Source: a virus
Lineage: Duplodnaviria > Caudoviricetes
IMG/VR virus record: IMGVR_UViG_3300046171_000023
Coordinates: 1-51,846 of that record
Direction: 5' to 3' (one strand)
DNA length: 51,846 nt
Program-made: the position numbers and the translations under genes
The notes under the pieces: generated by a model
Told to the model about the DNA's origin: nothing
Database searches by the model: none
The model's input: only the letters and a program-made list of their open reading frames with translations
In this document: piece by piece, positions 20,784-28,550 of the stretch
How positions within the stretch are numbered: position 1 is the first letter of the stretch
Layout: the number at the start of each line of letters is the position of its first letter

Positions 20784-21272
20784 TTATAGTCTCCACCATG
20801 TTGGTTGTTCTCTGTTCTTGTTCCATTGTGCATAATGTTTTTCATGTATAACATAATTTCTGTAAGCCACAATAGGATTATCATCTTTATATTCATCAGG
20901 CATAGCCTGTGCTAGTGGTGTCAATCCTTTGTCTTCAATGTTATCAGGATGAAAAAACAAAGCATCTTTAAGTTTAGTAACACTTGCATGAGTCTTACCA
21001 TATCTATAAGTATATTCCATACCAAGTGCTAAGAAGTGTGTGTATAACCACTTGTAATTACCACTAGATTGTCTAGTCCAAACAGTACAAGGATGATTCT
21101 TGTATGCTTCTTTATATAATCCAAACTTATCTGCATACTCATCACCATCTAACACTCTATGTGCAGTACATAACATTTGTGCAGTTTCAAGTGGCATCTT
21201 CACTAACATCTTATCAGGTTGTGCTTCTGCTGATACAACTGGACACTCATCAAAATAAAATATGTTCATCAT
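20784..21272 (-). CDS. Pyrimidine-dimer DNA glycosylase-like (DenV family) protein
   Basis: MNIFYFD...DKMLVKMPLETAQMLCTAH...YKNHPCTVW...EYTYRYGKTH...AMPDEYK pattern. Confidence 0.7.
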   Translation of the reverse strand: MMNIFYFDECPVVSAEAQPDKMLVKMPLETAQMLCTAHRVLDGDEYADKFGLYKEAYKNHPCTVWTRQSSGNYKWLYTHFLALGMEYTYRYGKTHASVTKLKDALFFHPDNIEDKGLTPLAQAMPDEYKDDNPIVAYRNYVIHEKHYAQWNKNREQPTWWRL

Positions 21273-21278
21273 TCCCTC

Positions 21279-21518
21279 CTAAATAAATAATTTAATTATA
21301 CCTGTCAGTAATACAAAAGTTGCTACTGCATTTAAAACTATCAAAGCTCTGTCGTTCCATAATAAACCTACTAAAGTCCACATAAAACATCCTATAAAAC
21401 TTAGTATTAAATCTATTTCTGGAAACTCTTGTAATGACCTGAAACAAATTGCTAGTATTATAAAGCAACTTGCAATCCATTTCAAGTACCAATCAGTCGT
21501 CTTTTCTTTTCTTGTCAT
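21279..21518 (-). CDS. Small 3-TM membrane protein, paralog of 22884..23129
   Basis: DWYLKWIAS...DLILSFIG...WNDRALIVLN. Confidence 0.8.
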   Translation of the reverse strand: MTRKEKTTDWYLKWIASCFIILAICFRSLQEFPEIDLILSFIGCFMWTLVGLLWNDRALIVLNAVATFVLLTGIIKLFI

Positions 21519-21609
21519 AATTACTATCTGCTAGTATTATTCCAACACCTGCTATACAGAATAACATAAAGCCTATTACAAATACAAGTCCTATTAGTTC
21601 GCCTATCAT
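21493..21609 (-). CDS. Small single-TM protein (38 aa)
   Basis: RBS GGAGGAG; MIGELIGLVFVIGFMLFCIAGVGIILADSNYDKKRKDD; below the ORF-track cutoff. Confidence 0.65.
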   Translation of the reverse strand: MIGELIGLVFVIGFMLFCIAGVGIILADSNYDKKRKDD

Positions 21610-21845
21610 TTATCTCCTCCTTGCACAACATATTTATACTTGTCACTACTCCAACCTAAGTCAAGTAAGTCTACAACTTCATATCTTAATTTCTCAAGTG
21701 TTGTAATGTCTGATAAATACATATCATTTATCTCATGTAATGTGTTAAGTATTCCATTGAGTTGATTAATTCTGTTTACTAAATCATAATAATCTTCTTT
21801 ACTTGTTTCAATTATTACTTTAGTTTTTAAATGTTTTACTTTCAT
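21606..21845 (-). CDS. Hypothetical protein
   Basis: ATGA-coupled ORF in the early operon. Confidence 0.7.
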   Translation of the reverse strand: MKVKHLKTKVIIETSKEDYYDLVNRINQLNGILNTLHEINDMYLSDITTLEKLRYEVVDLLDLGWSSDKYKYVVQGGDK

Positions 21846-21997
21846 TTTCCTTGCCCTCTATATTTCTTATGGTTAGCTTTCTTATTCTTATTCATGGTAG
21901 AGTAGCCAACATTACCTCTACCTTGACTTGTTCTCTTACCTCTAACACCTGTTGCTGAAGTATGAGATTGACTAAATGCTTTTGACTTAACTGCCAT
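21842..21997 (-). CDS. Small basic protein (51 aa, KRTSQG...KKYRGQGK type)
   Basis: Translated by hand; fills the gap with an ATGA overlap at its 3' end. Confidence 0.75.
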   Translation of the reverse strand: MAVKSKAFSQSHTSATGVRGKRTSQGRGNVGYSTMNKNKKANHKKYRGQGK

Positions 21998-22002
21998 AAT
22001 TA

Positions 22003-22179
22003 TTACCTATGTTTTTCATAAAATGATTCACAAAATTCAGGTTCTTCTACCACATCTGCAAAACATTTTGTTATTCTACTAAAAGAATCTTGTTTGTATT
22101 GAACATTCATAACAACAATAGTAATTACTAATGCTATAATAATTCCTAAATAATTAAAATCTTTTATATCAAATTTCAT
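22003..22179 (-). CDS. Small membrane protein (58 aa)
   Basis: RBS AGGAG; TM LGIIIALVITIVVM; two Cys. Confidence 0.65.
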   Translation of the reverse strand: MKFDIKDFNYLGIIIALVITIVVMNVQYKQDSFSRITKCFADVVEEPEFCESFYEKHR

Positions 22180-22370
22180 TGTATTCTATTTTCTCCTTTT
22201 TTCTTTTATCGTTATATTCTGTAACTTCTTTACCATTCATATAACCTGTTTTAACTTCAGTCCATTTACCCTCATTGAATCTTACCTCAATAAATTTTAC
22301 AGTCTTGTCAATCTTTTCTTGTTCTAATTCTTGTTTTTCTTTTTTCTACTTTATCAGTGTGTTGTGTCAT
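22176..22370 (-). CDS. Hypothetical protein with a homopolymer frameshift near 22340
   Basis: RBS GGAGG; MTQHTDKVEK then QELEQEKIDKTVKFIEVRF in a shifted frame. Confidence 0.5.
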
Positions 22371-22626
22371 GATATACTTCCTCCACAACTTTAAAAGCAT
22401 CTTGTAAGTCTGTCTCAGGTATATAACCTCGAAGCTCCCTCAATCTTATAATGTCCATATCTTTAACATCCCATATTTTACCGTCTAAACTTCTTGTTAT
22501 AGTTTTAATGTCCTCAACCATGTCTATACCTATCATGCTATCTACAGCAGAATATACAGAGCCACACCAAGTCTTAAGACTATCTGGTTTTCCATTAATT
22601 ACTACATCTATTATATACTCATCCAT
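22354..22626 (-). CDS. Hypothetical protein
   Basis: RBS GGAG; packed ORF. Confidence 0.75.
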   Translation of the reverse strand: MDEYIIDVVINGKPDSLKTWCGSVYSAVDSMIGIDMVEDIKTITRSLDGKIWDVKDMDIIRLRELRGYIPETDLQDAFKVVEEVYHDTTH

Positions 22627-22882
22627 TATTTGATATCTCCATTAGTTCTTTGTATGTTGTTATGTTTGGATATTGTTTTAAATATTTCATTATCCATTTG
22701 TCTGTCATGTATGACATATGTAATTGTCCTTGACCAAAAGCATGTGTCTGTTCAGGAAGTAGTCCCTCAACATTGCCTATATTAATATCTTTTGCTTGGT
22801 CTTCAGGCAATAGTTCCTTCAACCACTCAACCTGTATAGGTTTGACTAGCTTCCTAAGTTTTTTAATTTGTTTTGCGTTCAC
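22619..22882 (-). CDS. Hypothetical protein
   Basis: GTG start with RBS AGGAG. Confidence 0.75.
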   Translation of the reverse strand: MNAKQIKKLRKLVKPIQVEWLKELLPEDQAKDINIGNVEGLLPEQTHAFGQGQLHMSYMTDKWIMKYLKQYPNITTYKELMEISNNG

Positions 22883-22883
22883 A

Positions 22884-23129
22884 CTAAACTCCTATAAATA
22901 ATTTAATTAATCCTGTAAGTAATACAAAAGTTGCTACTGCATTTAATACTATCAATGCTCTATCGTTCCACATCAATCCTACTATAGTCCACATAAAACA
23001 ACCAATAAAACTTAACACTAAATCTATTTCAGGAAAGTTTTGAACAGACCTAAAACAAATTGCTAGTATTATAAAGCAACTAGCAATCCATTTTATATAC
23101 CAGTCTGCTGTTTTTTTTTCTACTTCCAT
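22884..23129 (-). CDS. Small 3-TM membrane protein, paralog of 21279..21518
   Basis: Near-identical protein to the 21279 ORF. Confidence 0.8.
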   Translation of the reverse strand: MEVEKKTADWYIKWIASCFIILAICFRSVQNFPEIDLVLSFIGCFMWTIVGLMWNDRALIVLNAVATFVLLTGLIKLFIGV

Positions 23130-23464
23130 GCTTTAAATTCCATGTAAGGTGTTTCTCTGTGTCCTTCAGGTAACCATTCTACCACATCTTTTATCTCTTG
23201 TAAAGATAAAGTTGTAGAAACACTATTACCTTCAACATCATGACTCATTATAAGACCTCTACCTGCTATAGGTTTACCATAAATAGTAAAGTATCTATTA
23301 TCTTTTAATAGTCCTTCATCATCAACATATAAATCATCTTTATTTGAAAGTGCTACAACATCAAATGTGCTACACTCTGTTAATAAATATATGTCCTCTA
23401 TATTTCCTAGTATGTTTACCTCTTTGACTGTTTCATCAAATGGATTTATTAATATTCCTTTCAT
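23120..23464 (-). CDS. DUF3846-like protein
   Basis: MKGILINP...DLYVDDEGLL...PIAGRGLI pattern. Confidence 0.65.
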   Translation of the reverse strand: MKGILINPFDETVKEVNILGNIEDIYLLTECSTFDVVALSNKDDLYVDDEGLLKDNRYFTIYGKPIAGRGLIMSHDVEGNSVSTTLSLQEIKDVVEWLPEGHRETPYMEFKAWK

Positions 23465-23466
23465 TA

Positions 23467-23655
23467 TTATAACCTCTCAGTTTCAAATATATTTTCTGCA
23501 ATAAAGAATAGTATATCTTCTCTATCATCATCTTCATGTAAATTATATATCTCAGAAATAAAACTTACGTGTTCTTCTAGTTCTCCTTGTTTATCAAGTT
23601 CCTCTACCTCTTGCATTATCTTTTCAAATTCTTTTTCATTGTGTTGGTTGCTCAT
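23467..23655 (-). CDS. Small highly acidic protein
   Basis: RBS GAGGAGG; D/E-rich 62 aa. Confidence 0.75.
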   Translation of the reverse strand: MSNQHNEKEFEKIMQEVEELDKQGELEEHVSFISEIYNLHEDDDREDILFFIAENIFETERL

Positions 23656-23869
23656 TATATACCTCCTCTAAATAATACTCAACATCTTCTTCGCTATAAC
23701 CTTTTTCATTTATAAGCCATTCGCCAAATTCTTTTTTATTATTAGGCATCTGTTTTAAATAATAATTTGATAGTACAGACACAACAAATTCTTCAGCATC
23801 ATAACTATTAACATCATCATAGGCTTCTTCTTCTGCCCATTTTCTTTTGAACTCTTTAAAAGTTTTCAT
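23636..23869 (-). CDS. Small acidic protein
   Basis: RBS GGAGGG before MKTFKEF. Confidence 0.7.
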   Translation of the reverse strand: MKTFKEFKRKWAEEEAYDDVNSYDAEEFVVSVLSNYYLKQMPNNKKEFGEWLINEKGYSEEDVEYYLEEVYNEQPTQ

Positions 23870-23873
23870 ATCT

Positions 23874-24053
23874 TTATCCCTCCATTTCTCCATAATATTT
23901 TCTTATAATTCTAATCGCATGGATTATATCTAGTTCCATGATGTCTACCCATTCATCACGACTATCACTATGATACACCCATTTCTCTGCCATGTCAACA
24001 GGTATTTTATTACCTAATACTTCTTGTATTTTTAATGCTTGTTTAAGTTTCAT
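23874..24053 (-). CDS. Hypothetical protein (59 aa)
   Basis: RBS AAGGAG; MKLKQALKIQEVLGNKIPVDMAEKW...; just under the ORF-track cutoff. Confidence 0.7.
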   Translation of the reverse strand: MKLKQALKIQEVLGNKIPVDMAEKWVYHSDSRDEWVDIMELDIIHAIRIIRKYYGEMEG

Positions 24054-24085
24054 TGTTATCTCCTTATATAAAAATTAATATACTT

Positions 24086-24196
24086 AAAAGGACAGGTAGC
24101 CACATAGTTTGAGAGCTACTCATTGACAAAGTTTATAACCTTTGCACTAATCAGATATAAAGTTCAGGAACTTGTCATCTACTTTATATACCTTTT
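24086..24196 (-). ncRNA. Candidate structured RNA (closing stem plus three hairpins)
   Basis: AAAAGG/CCTTTT encloses ATATAAAGT/ACTTTATAT, GCAAAG/CTTTGT and GTAGCT/GGCTAC stems. Confidence 0.4.
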
Positions 24197-24264
24197 CAGA
24201 CTACTCACACTAGGAAACTTATTTAAAACTTGTTTCTTTGTGTATTTCTGCCCTTGTAAATACA

Positions 24265-24972
24265 TTAAACATGTATTACAAAGCCTGACATATCATGTCT
24301 AGCTTTACCTTTTGCTTTCAGACCAACAATAACATTGTCTTTATCTAAAAATCTTAAATCTGTTTCATCTCCATCTACTACTTCCCTACCCTTGAAATAT
24401 ATAGGAAGAACACCATTGAATACTACTGCTATGTTGTATGCTATCTTATCATACCATGCTGTATACTTTGCATTGGCTTCCGAGTATGACCATGTCAAAT
24501 GATAGTTCTTGATATGAGATACTTTTCTTGTAGGTATCTTAGTATAATCATAGAACTGTATATCTGGGAAGTGTTCAAACATAGTCTTACCTTTGTATAG
24601 TTTGTGTTCCCATTGTATATCACTTGTACCATTCAATCTAAATGCTGGTGTTATATCCTTCTTGTTGCAGTAGTTTATAAACCTTGTCATTTCTGTATGT
24701 AATAATTCCATGAAGTTATCATAGTCTTCCAAATACATATCAGTTCTACGCTGTCTAGCATCTTGTATTCTATTGGTATCTTCTCCTTTCTTAAAGATAC
24801 CACCTCTTCCTGCTGTGTTAAGACACGCAGTCTTACAAGATGCTATATCCTGAAATGGACATATCTTTGTACTAACAGGTCGCAAGTGCATGATAGCTGT
24901 AAGTATATTGTTATACTTCTTGAAACCTTTTATAGTCTTTGGATTGTTTGTTGTTAATAGTTTGTATGACAT
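24265..24972 (-). CDS. Gp88-like phage protein (Cys-cluster, radical-SAM-like)
   Basis: CP-x5-C-x3-C, FRLNGTSD, FYDYTK, YHLTWSYSE, DGDETDLRFLD, GLKAKG. Confidence 0.7.
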   Translation of the reverse strand: MSYKLLTTNNPKTIKGFKKYNNILTAIMHLRPVSTKICPFQDIASCKTACLNTAGRGGIFKKGEDTNRIQDARQRRTDMYLEDYDNFMELLHTEMTRFINYCNKKDITPAFRLNGTSDIQWEHKLYKGKTMFEHFPDIQFYDYTKIPTRKVSHIKNYHLTWSYSEANAKYTAWYDKIAYNIAVVFNGVLPIYFKGREVVDGDETDLRFLDKDNVIVGLKAKGKARHDMSGFVIHV

Positions 24973-24973
24973 A

Positions 24974-25159
24974 TTATATCTCTTTATTTATTGCTTTAAC
25001 AAATGCAAGTATTGTATCTTCCTGCTTTTGAATCATGAAACTATCAAGTGGTTCATCATTTTCTACAGCTTGTTGAACTAATCCTGCAAGTATACTTCTA
25101 TGTTTCTTTAATTCTTTTTTCATATAAGTTTTATTATCAAATGTCATATTTACCCCCAA
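24974..25159 (-). CDS. Hypothetical protein
   Basis: Packed ORF in the early operon. Confidence 0.65.
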   Translation of the reverse strand: MGVNMTFDNKTYMKKELKKHRSILAGLVQQAVENDEPLDSFMIQKQEDTILAFVKAINKEI

Positions 25160-25428
25160 TGTAATTTTGTTAATGTATCTAATTTCTTTTTATGTGCTTC
25201 CGATACTTCTACAGGTTCTGGCATATCATCTGGATATAATACATATTCTATTTCATTAACATAAACACTTCCCATGTCGGCAAAGTATCCATTCTTTTCG
25301 TCAATATGCACCATTCTAGTAATACCTTTCATGTTATCCATGATTGTAGCAGTTCTAGGTGCATTTGAAATCACAGGTATAGGTGTTAGCTGAACTCTCA
25401 TACCTTTCTTTAAATCATTATGTGTCAT
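25150..25428 (-). CDS. Hypothetical protein
   Basis: RBS AGGAG before MTHNDLKKG. Confidence 0.75.
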   Translation of the reverse strand: MTHNDLKKGMRVQLTPIPVISNAPRTATIMDNMKGITRMVHIDEKNGYFADMGSVYVNEIEYVLYPDDMPEPVEVSEAHKKKLDTLTKLHWG

Positions 25429-25429
25429 A

Positions 25430-25852
25430 TTATTCTCCTGTAAATTGACTAGCAATACTTGCAATAATTTCAGGCAATCTTTCTTGCCAATCATTTGATA
25501 GTAAAGCTATTGCAAGTTTATTTTCAATGTTCTGTTTAATCTCCCAATCATTAGTTGACCATGAAATATTATCATCATAATCTGAATGTATTTTATAATT
25601 AGTAGTAAGACTTAAAGTTCTATTAAAGTTTTTAATAGCTATATTCATTTCATCTATAAGAATTCTTCTTTGTCTATAAAGTTCTCTTTCTTGGTCTTGA
25701 ATACCCTCTGCTTTAGTATGTAGCTTACGAATATTTTTAAGTTCCTTACTACTTTTTTCCATAGCTTGTTGCTCTTTAGAATTACTAACTTTAATAGTAT
25801 CTAATATCTCTTTGGCTATTGCCTCTTGTTCAAATTTTCTCATCTGTGTCAT
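25430..25852 (-). CDS. Hypothetical coiled-coil protein
   Basis: RBS GGAG; 140 aa. Confidence 0.8.
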   Translation of the reverse strand: MTQMRKFEQEAIAKEILDTIKVSNSKEQQAMEKSSKELKNIRKLHTKAEGIQDQERELYRQRRILIDEMNIAIKNFNRTLSLTTNYKIHSDYDDNISWSTNDWEIKQNIENKLAIALLSNDWQERLPEIIASIASQFTGE

Positions 25853-25885
25853 AATATATCTCCATATATAATTTAGTTAATAAAA

Positions 25886-26113
25886 ATGTGATTATTGAAG
25901 TCGTTGGTGTAGTTCTCATACTTCATTTATCCTTAACCTTTTTTTCAAGGTTTTTACAAAGGCTCATCTTATAATCACAAGGCAGTTTTTGGTTAGTGAT
26001 ACCTAGCACTATAATTATAATGGGCAGTTGGATTAACTATGGATAGTTCATTAACTGCTAATTTCCCTATCAACCCTCGCATTATAATGGCAGTTTTTTC
26101 AGCAGGTCTGCCA
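25886..26113 (-). ncRNA. Structured intergenic region with three AACTGCC repeats
   Basis: No long ORF; several stems, one candidate pseudoknot, repeated motif. Confidence 0.4.
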
Positions 26114-26126
26114 ACTTCTATATTTT

Positions 26127-26531
26127 TTAAGCAAACAATCTGCTAAATGTTAAGCCTAATCTAGCAAAGAAACCATTGGTTGTGTAATACTCATAGTCAT
26201 TAATAATTTCTAAAGTATCTTGAACATCAATGTTCGTAGCTACTTCAAGTATCTGCATACCTTTGTTATCTTTACCAAGAGGTGTTCTTCTTACAAAATG
26301 TAAGGGCTTACTTGGATTAGATTTCTGATTATATACTGATACTCTACCAGCATGATACCCATTAAAAGTATCTCCTGTAGTAGTTTCATACCTTTCTTTG
26401 TTAGCTCTAACTCTAACAATATTTACACCTAAAAAGTTTGCTTTATTCCAAAGTGTTTGAATACTTTGTGGTGCTTTTTCTATTGATACTACAGTTGCAG
26501 TATCTCTTTTTCCATATACAATTTTACTCAT
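26127..26531 (-). CDS. Hypothetical protein
   Basis: RBS GGAG; 134 aa. Confidence 0.8.
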   Translation of the reverse strand: MSKIVYGKRDTATVVSIEKAPQSIQTLWNKANFLGVNIVRVRANKERYETTTGDTFNGYHAGRVSVYNQKSNPSKPLHFVRRTPLGKDNKGMQILEVATNIDVQDTLEIINDYEYYTTNGFFARLGLTFSRLFA

Positions 26532-26534
26532 ATT

Positions 26535-26744
26535 TTATCTCCATTCTTTATTATTATAAACTAATTTACCTGCTGACTTGTCATCAAGAAATAAATTAAT
26601 CGCCGTTTTGGTAGCAATTCTTCTACCTAACTCATAATTATATTCGTCATTATGAATTACTAAATCCCTAACTGAAAAACCATTATGGTCTTTTCTTTTA
26701 AGAACTTCTATTTTAGTCACATTGTGAAAACTTACATCTGCCAT
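26535..26744 (-). CDS. Hypothetical protein
   Basis: RBS GAGG; 69 aa. Confidence 0.75.
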   Translation of the reverse strand: MADVSFHNVTKIEVLKRKDHNGFSVRDLVIHNDEYNYELGRRIATKTAINLFLDDKSAGKLVYNNKEWR

Positions 26745-26745
26745 T

Positions 26746-27045
26746 TTAATATACCTCTCTTGTTAATTTTACATCTAATACATAGCCTTCTTTCATTTGA
26801 TTAATTTCATCTTTTAATCCTTGAAAATCATTTTCTAAATCAGTTCTGATATTATCAGTTGCATATTCAAAATCATCTGCTTTTTCATTTAAATCAGCAA
26901 TTTGCTGTTCTAAATCTTCTGCAAGATATTTAGTATCTTCATATTGTGATGACATATCTTCTAATTCTCCTCTCAACTCTTGCATTTCAGCATATAGATT
27001 TTTTAATCCAAGTAATGCAATCAGTTTATTTTTTATAAATTCCAT
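26746..27045 (-). CDS. Acidic coiled-coil protein
   Basis: RBS AGGAG; heptad pattern, D/E-rich. Confidence 0.8.
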   Translation of the reverse strand: MEFIKNKLIALLGLKNLYAEMQELRGELEDMSSQYEDTKYLAEDLEQQIADLNEKADDFEYATDNIRTDLENDFQGLKDEINQMKEGYVLDVKLTREVY

Positions 27046-27166
27046 ATCTATCTCCTGTAGTTGGGTTAATATCTTCAGCTAATTCTTTATTAGCTTCTTC
27101 TGTTTCAGATTTTAATTCTTGTTCAGTCATAAAATCTAAAAAATCTATGTGGTCTATATCTTCCAT
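27026..27166 (-). CDS. Small acidic protein, first gene after a consensus promoter
   Basis: RBS AGGAG before MEDIDHIDF. Confidence 0.65.
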   Translation of the reverse strand: MEDIDHIDFLDFMTEQELKSETEEANKELAEDINPTTGDRYGIYKK

Positions 27167-27220
27167 AATATCTCCTATATTTATGAGACTTTGAAGTCTC
27201 GGTTGGTTGCTGACCGACAA

Positions 27221-27249
27221 ATTATATGTTTTTTCTCGGCAGATGTCAA
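27221..27249 (-). promoter_or_regulatory. Consensus sigma70 early promoter
   Basis: TTGACA-17 nt-TATAAT, perfect consensus, with an AT-rich upstream element. Confidence 0.92.
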
Positions 27250-27282
27250 GCGTTTTAACAAACTTAAGATATATTTATAATC

Positions 27283-27564
27283 TTAAAATTTAGATACAGT
27301 CCAAACTGTTCCCATTTCCATAGTCGTATCACTCAAATAATCATAGTTAGATTTTAAAAACACATGTCCCATTTTAGGAAACTTATGTCTATAAATTACT
27401 GACCTATCTTCTTTGAAAGCATTTCTGACTTTGAAAATGTAGCCTAACTCATTGATATACCGTTCAACTTTGTCAAGACTGTTAAACTTTAAAGTCTTGA
27501 GTTTTGCATCTTCAATGACTTGCATATTAGATTTACCATTTGGGTTTTTACATTTAATTTTCAT
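27283..27564 (-). CDS. Hypothetical early protein
   Basis: RBS AGGAG before MKIKCKNP; lies between the two repeated promoters. Confidence 0.75.
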   Translation of the reverse strand: MKIKCKNPNGKSNMQVIEDAKLKTLKFNSLDKVERYINELGYIFKVRNAFKEDRSVIYRHKFPKMGHVFLKSNYDYLSDTTMEMGTVWTVSKF

Positions 27565-27622
27565 AATATCTCCTGTTGTATTGAAAATAAAAGCAAGGAT
27601 TGTTCCCTGCCATGCCGAACCC

Positions 27623-27650
27623 ATTTTACCGACCAAGCCAAAAAAGTCAA
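27623..27650 (-). promoter_or_regulatory. Sigma70-type early promoter
   Basis: TTGACT-16 nt-TAAAAT; shares its upstream repeat with the 27221 promoter. Confidence 0.75.
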
Positions 27651-27770
27651 GCGTCTTAACAAACTTAAGATATACTTATAATTTTAAGATTGCTAGGACT
27701 TAAACACAACTTTAAAATTATACTTAAATTATACTTAAATTTAAAAGTGCAAAAACTTAAAATTAAATTT

Positions 27771-27844
27771 AAATTCACAGGTTATCCACAGATATTTTAT
27801 ACTTATCCACAGGTAATTAACAGGATATACATAAGATATACACA
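27771..27844 (+). promoter_or_regulatory. DnaA-box array in AT-rich DNA (candidate origin or DnaA-binding locus)
   Basis: Perfect TTATCCACA at 27782 and 27803; degenerate boxes at 27771, 27814, 27825 and 27836. Confidence 0.7.
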
Positions 27845-27939
27845 GATTTGCCCTCAATTACCTGCCCAAATTTTAAAAATCCCTCAACCACCTGCAATGA
27901 ACTTAAAACTCGAGCTTAAACTTAAACTTAATTAAATTA

Positions 27940-27968
27940 ATTATTTCTTTGGTATGGTATCCTGTCAA
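27940..27968 (-). promoter_or_regulatory. Possible sigma70 promoter firing toward the DnaA-box array
   Basis: TTGACA-17 nt-AATAAT. Confidence 0.5.
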
Positions 27969-28040
27969 TTATAAAAAGCAATTACGAAGTAATTTCACTA
28001 TTAAGAATCAGATTTGTTTTAAAATATAACTTATAGACAT

Positions 28041-28073
28041 AAAAAAACTCTCCCACTTGTAAGGCGAGAGAGT
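28041..28073 (-). terminator. Rho-independent terminator of the two-gene unit
   Basis: ACTCTCTCGC-loop-GTGGGAGAGT followed by a T run, 10 nt after the stop codon. Confidence 0.85.
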
Positions 28074-28083
28074 CTTTGAGGCT

Positions 28084-28356
28084 TTAGTTAGCCTGTTGTT
28101 TGAGATACGAAGCTATCTTGTCAAGATATACTTTTGGAAGAGATTTGCCTGTAATAAGCGAATGAGCTTTCTTGAAGGTTAGTCTTTCTTCTTTAGCAAG
28201 GCTATAAAGACAGCCTGTAATTTGCTTTTGAAGCTTCCAGTTCATCTTAGTACCATTCTTAGCGAATTTGTACCCAATGGCTTGACATTGACGGAACGAA
28301 GCTGGGCTTGAAGTTCTGTCTTTGTCGAACGTGTTTATATCAAATGTATTTTCCAT
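28084..28356 (-). CDS. Hypothetical basic protein (90 aa) inside the fold-back
   Basis: RBS AAGGAG, followed by a terminator; PASFRQ...LTFKKAHSLI. Confidence 0.85.
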   Translation of the reverse strand: MENTFDINTFDKDRTSSPASFRQCQAIGYKFAKNGTKMNWKLQKQITGCLYSLAKEERLTFKKAHSLITGKSLPKVYLDKIASYLKQQAN

Positions 28357-28367
28357 ATTTTTCTCCT

Positions 28368-28550
28368 TTAAGAAATGGATTTATAAATACCTGCAATGTA
28401 GTCTTGCAAGTGGTTAGTATCAGAAGCATTAGTGCATCTGACTTTCACAGCATGAATGCCACTTATGAATAAATCCATAGTGTACATTTGTGCTGAAGAA
28501 ATTGTTGGAAACTCTAGGGTTTCGTTGTTTGAGTAGCTGACTAGTATCAT
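28368..28550 (-). CDS. Hypothetical protein (60 aa) inside the fold-back
   Basis: RBS TAAGGAG; stop overlaps the RBS of the next gene. Confidence 0.75.
   Translation of the reverse strand: MILVSYSNNETLEFPTISSAQMYTMDLFISGIHAVKVRCTNASDTNHLQDYIAGIYKSIS

Larger units (their letters stand above)
27245..27691. repeat. Two-copy ~45-bp direct repeat (27245-27288 and 27646-27691) forming the -35/UP region of two promoters
   Basis: GTCAAGCGT(T/C)TTAACAAACTTAAGATATA(T/C)TTATAAT(C/T)TTAA in both places. Confidence 0.85.

Noticed and set aside
24086-24196. tRNA gene
   Set aside because: No TTCRA T-loop, D-loop GG or CCA; arm sizes are wrong.
25960-26100. Mini-CRISPR array
   Set aside because: Repeats are only ~7-15 nt, degenerate and unevenly spaced; no cas genes. 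The Cas4-like nuclease at 15214 is an ordinary replication-module exonuclease.
27690-27935. 81-aa plus-strand ORF
   Set aside because: Translation of AT-rich repeats and DnaA boxes, against the local gene direction, with no RBS.
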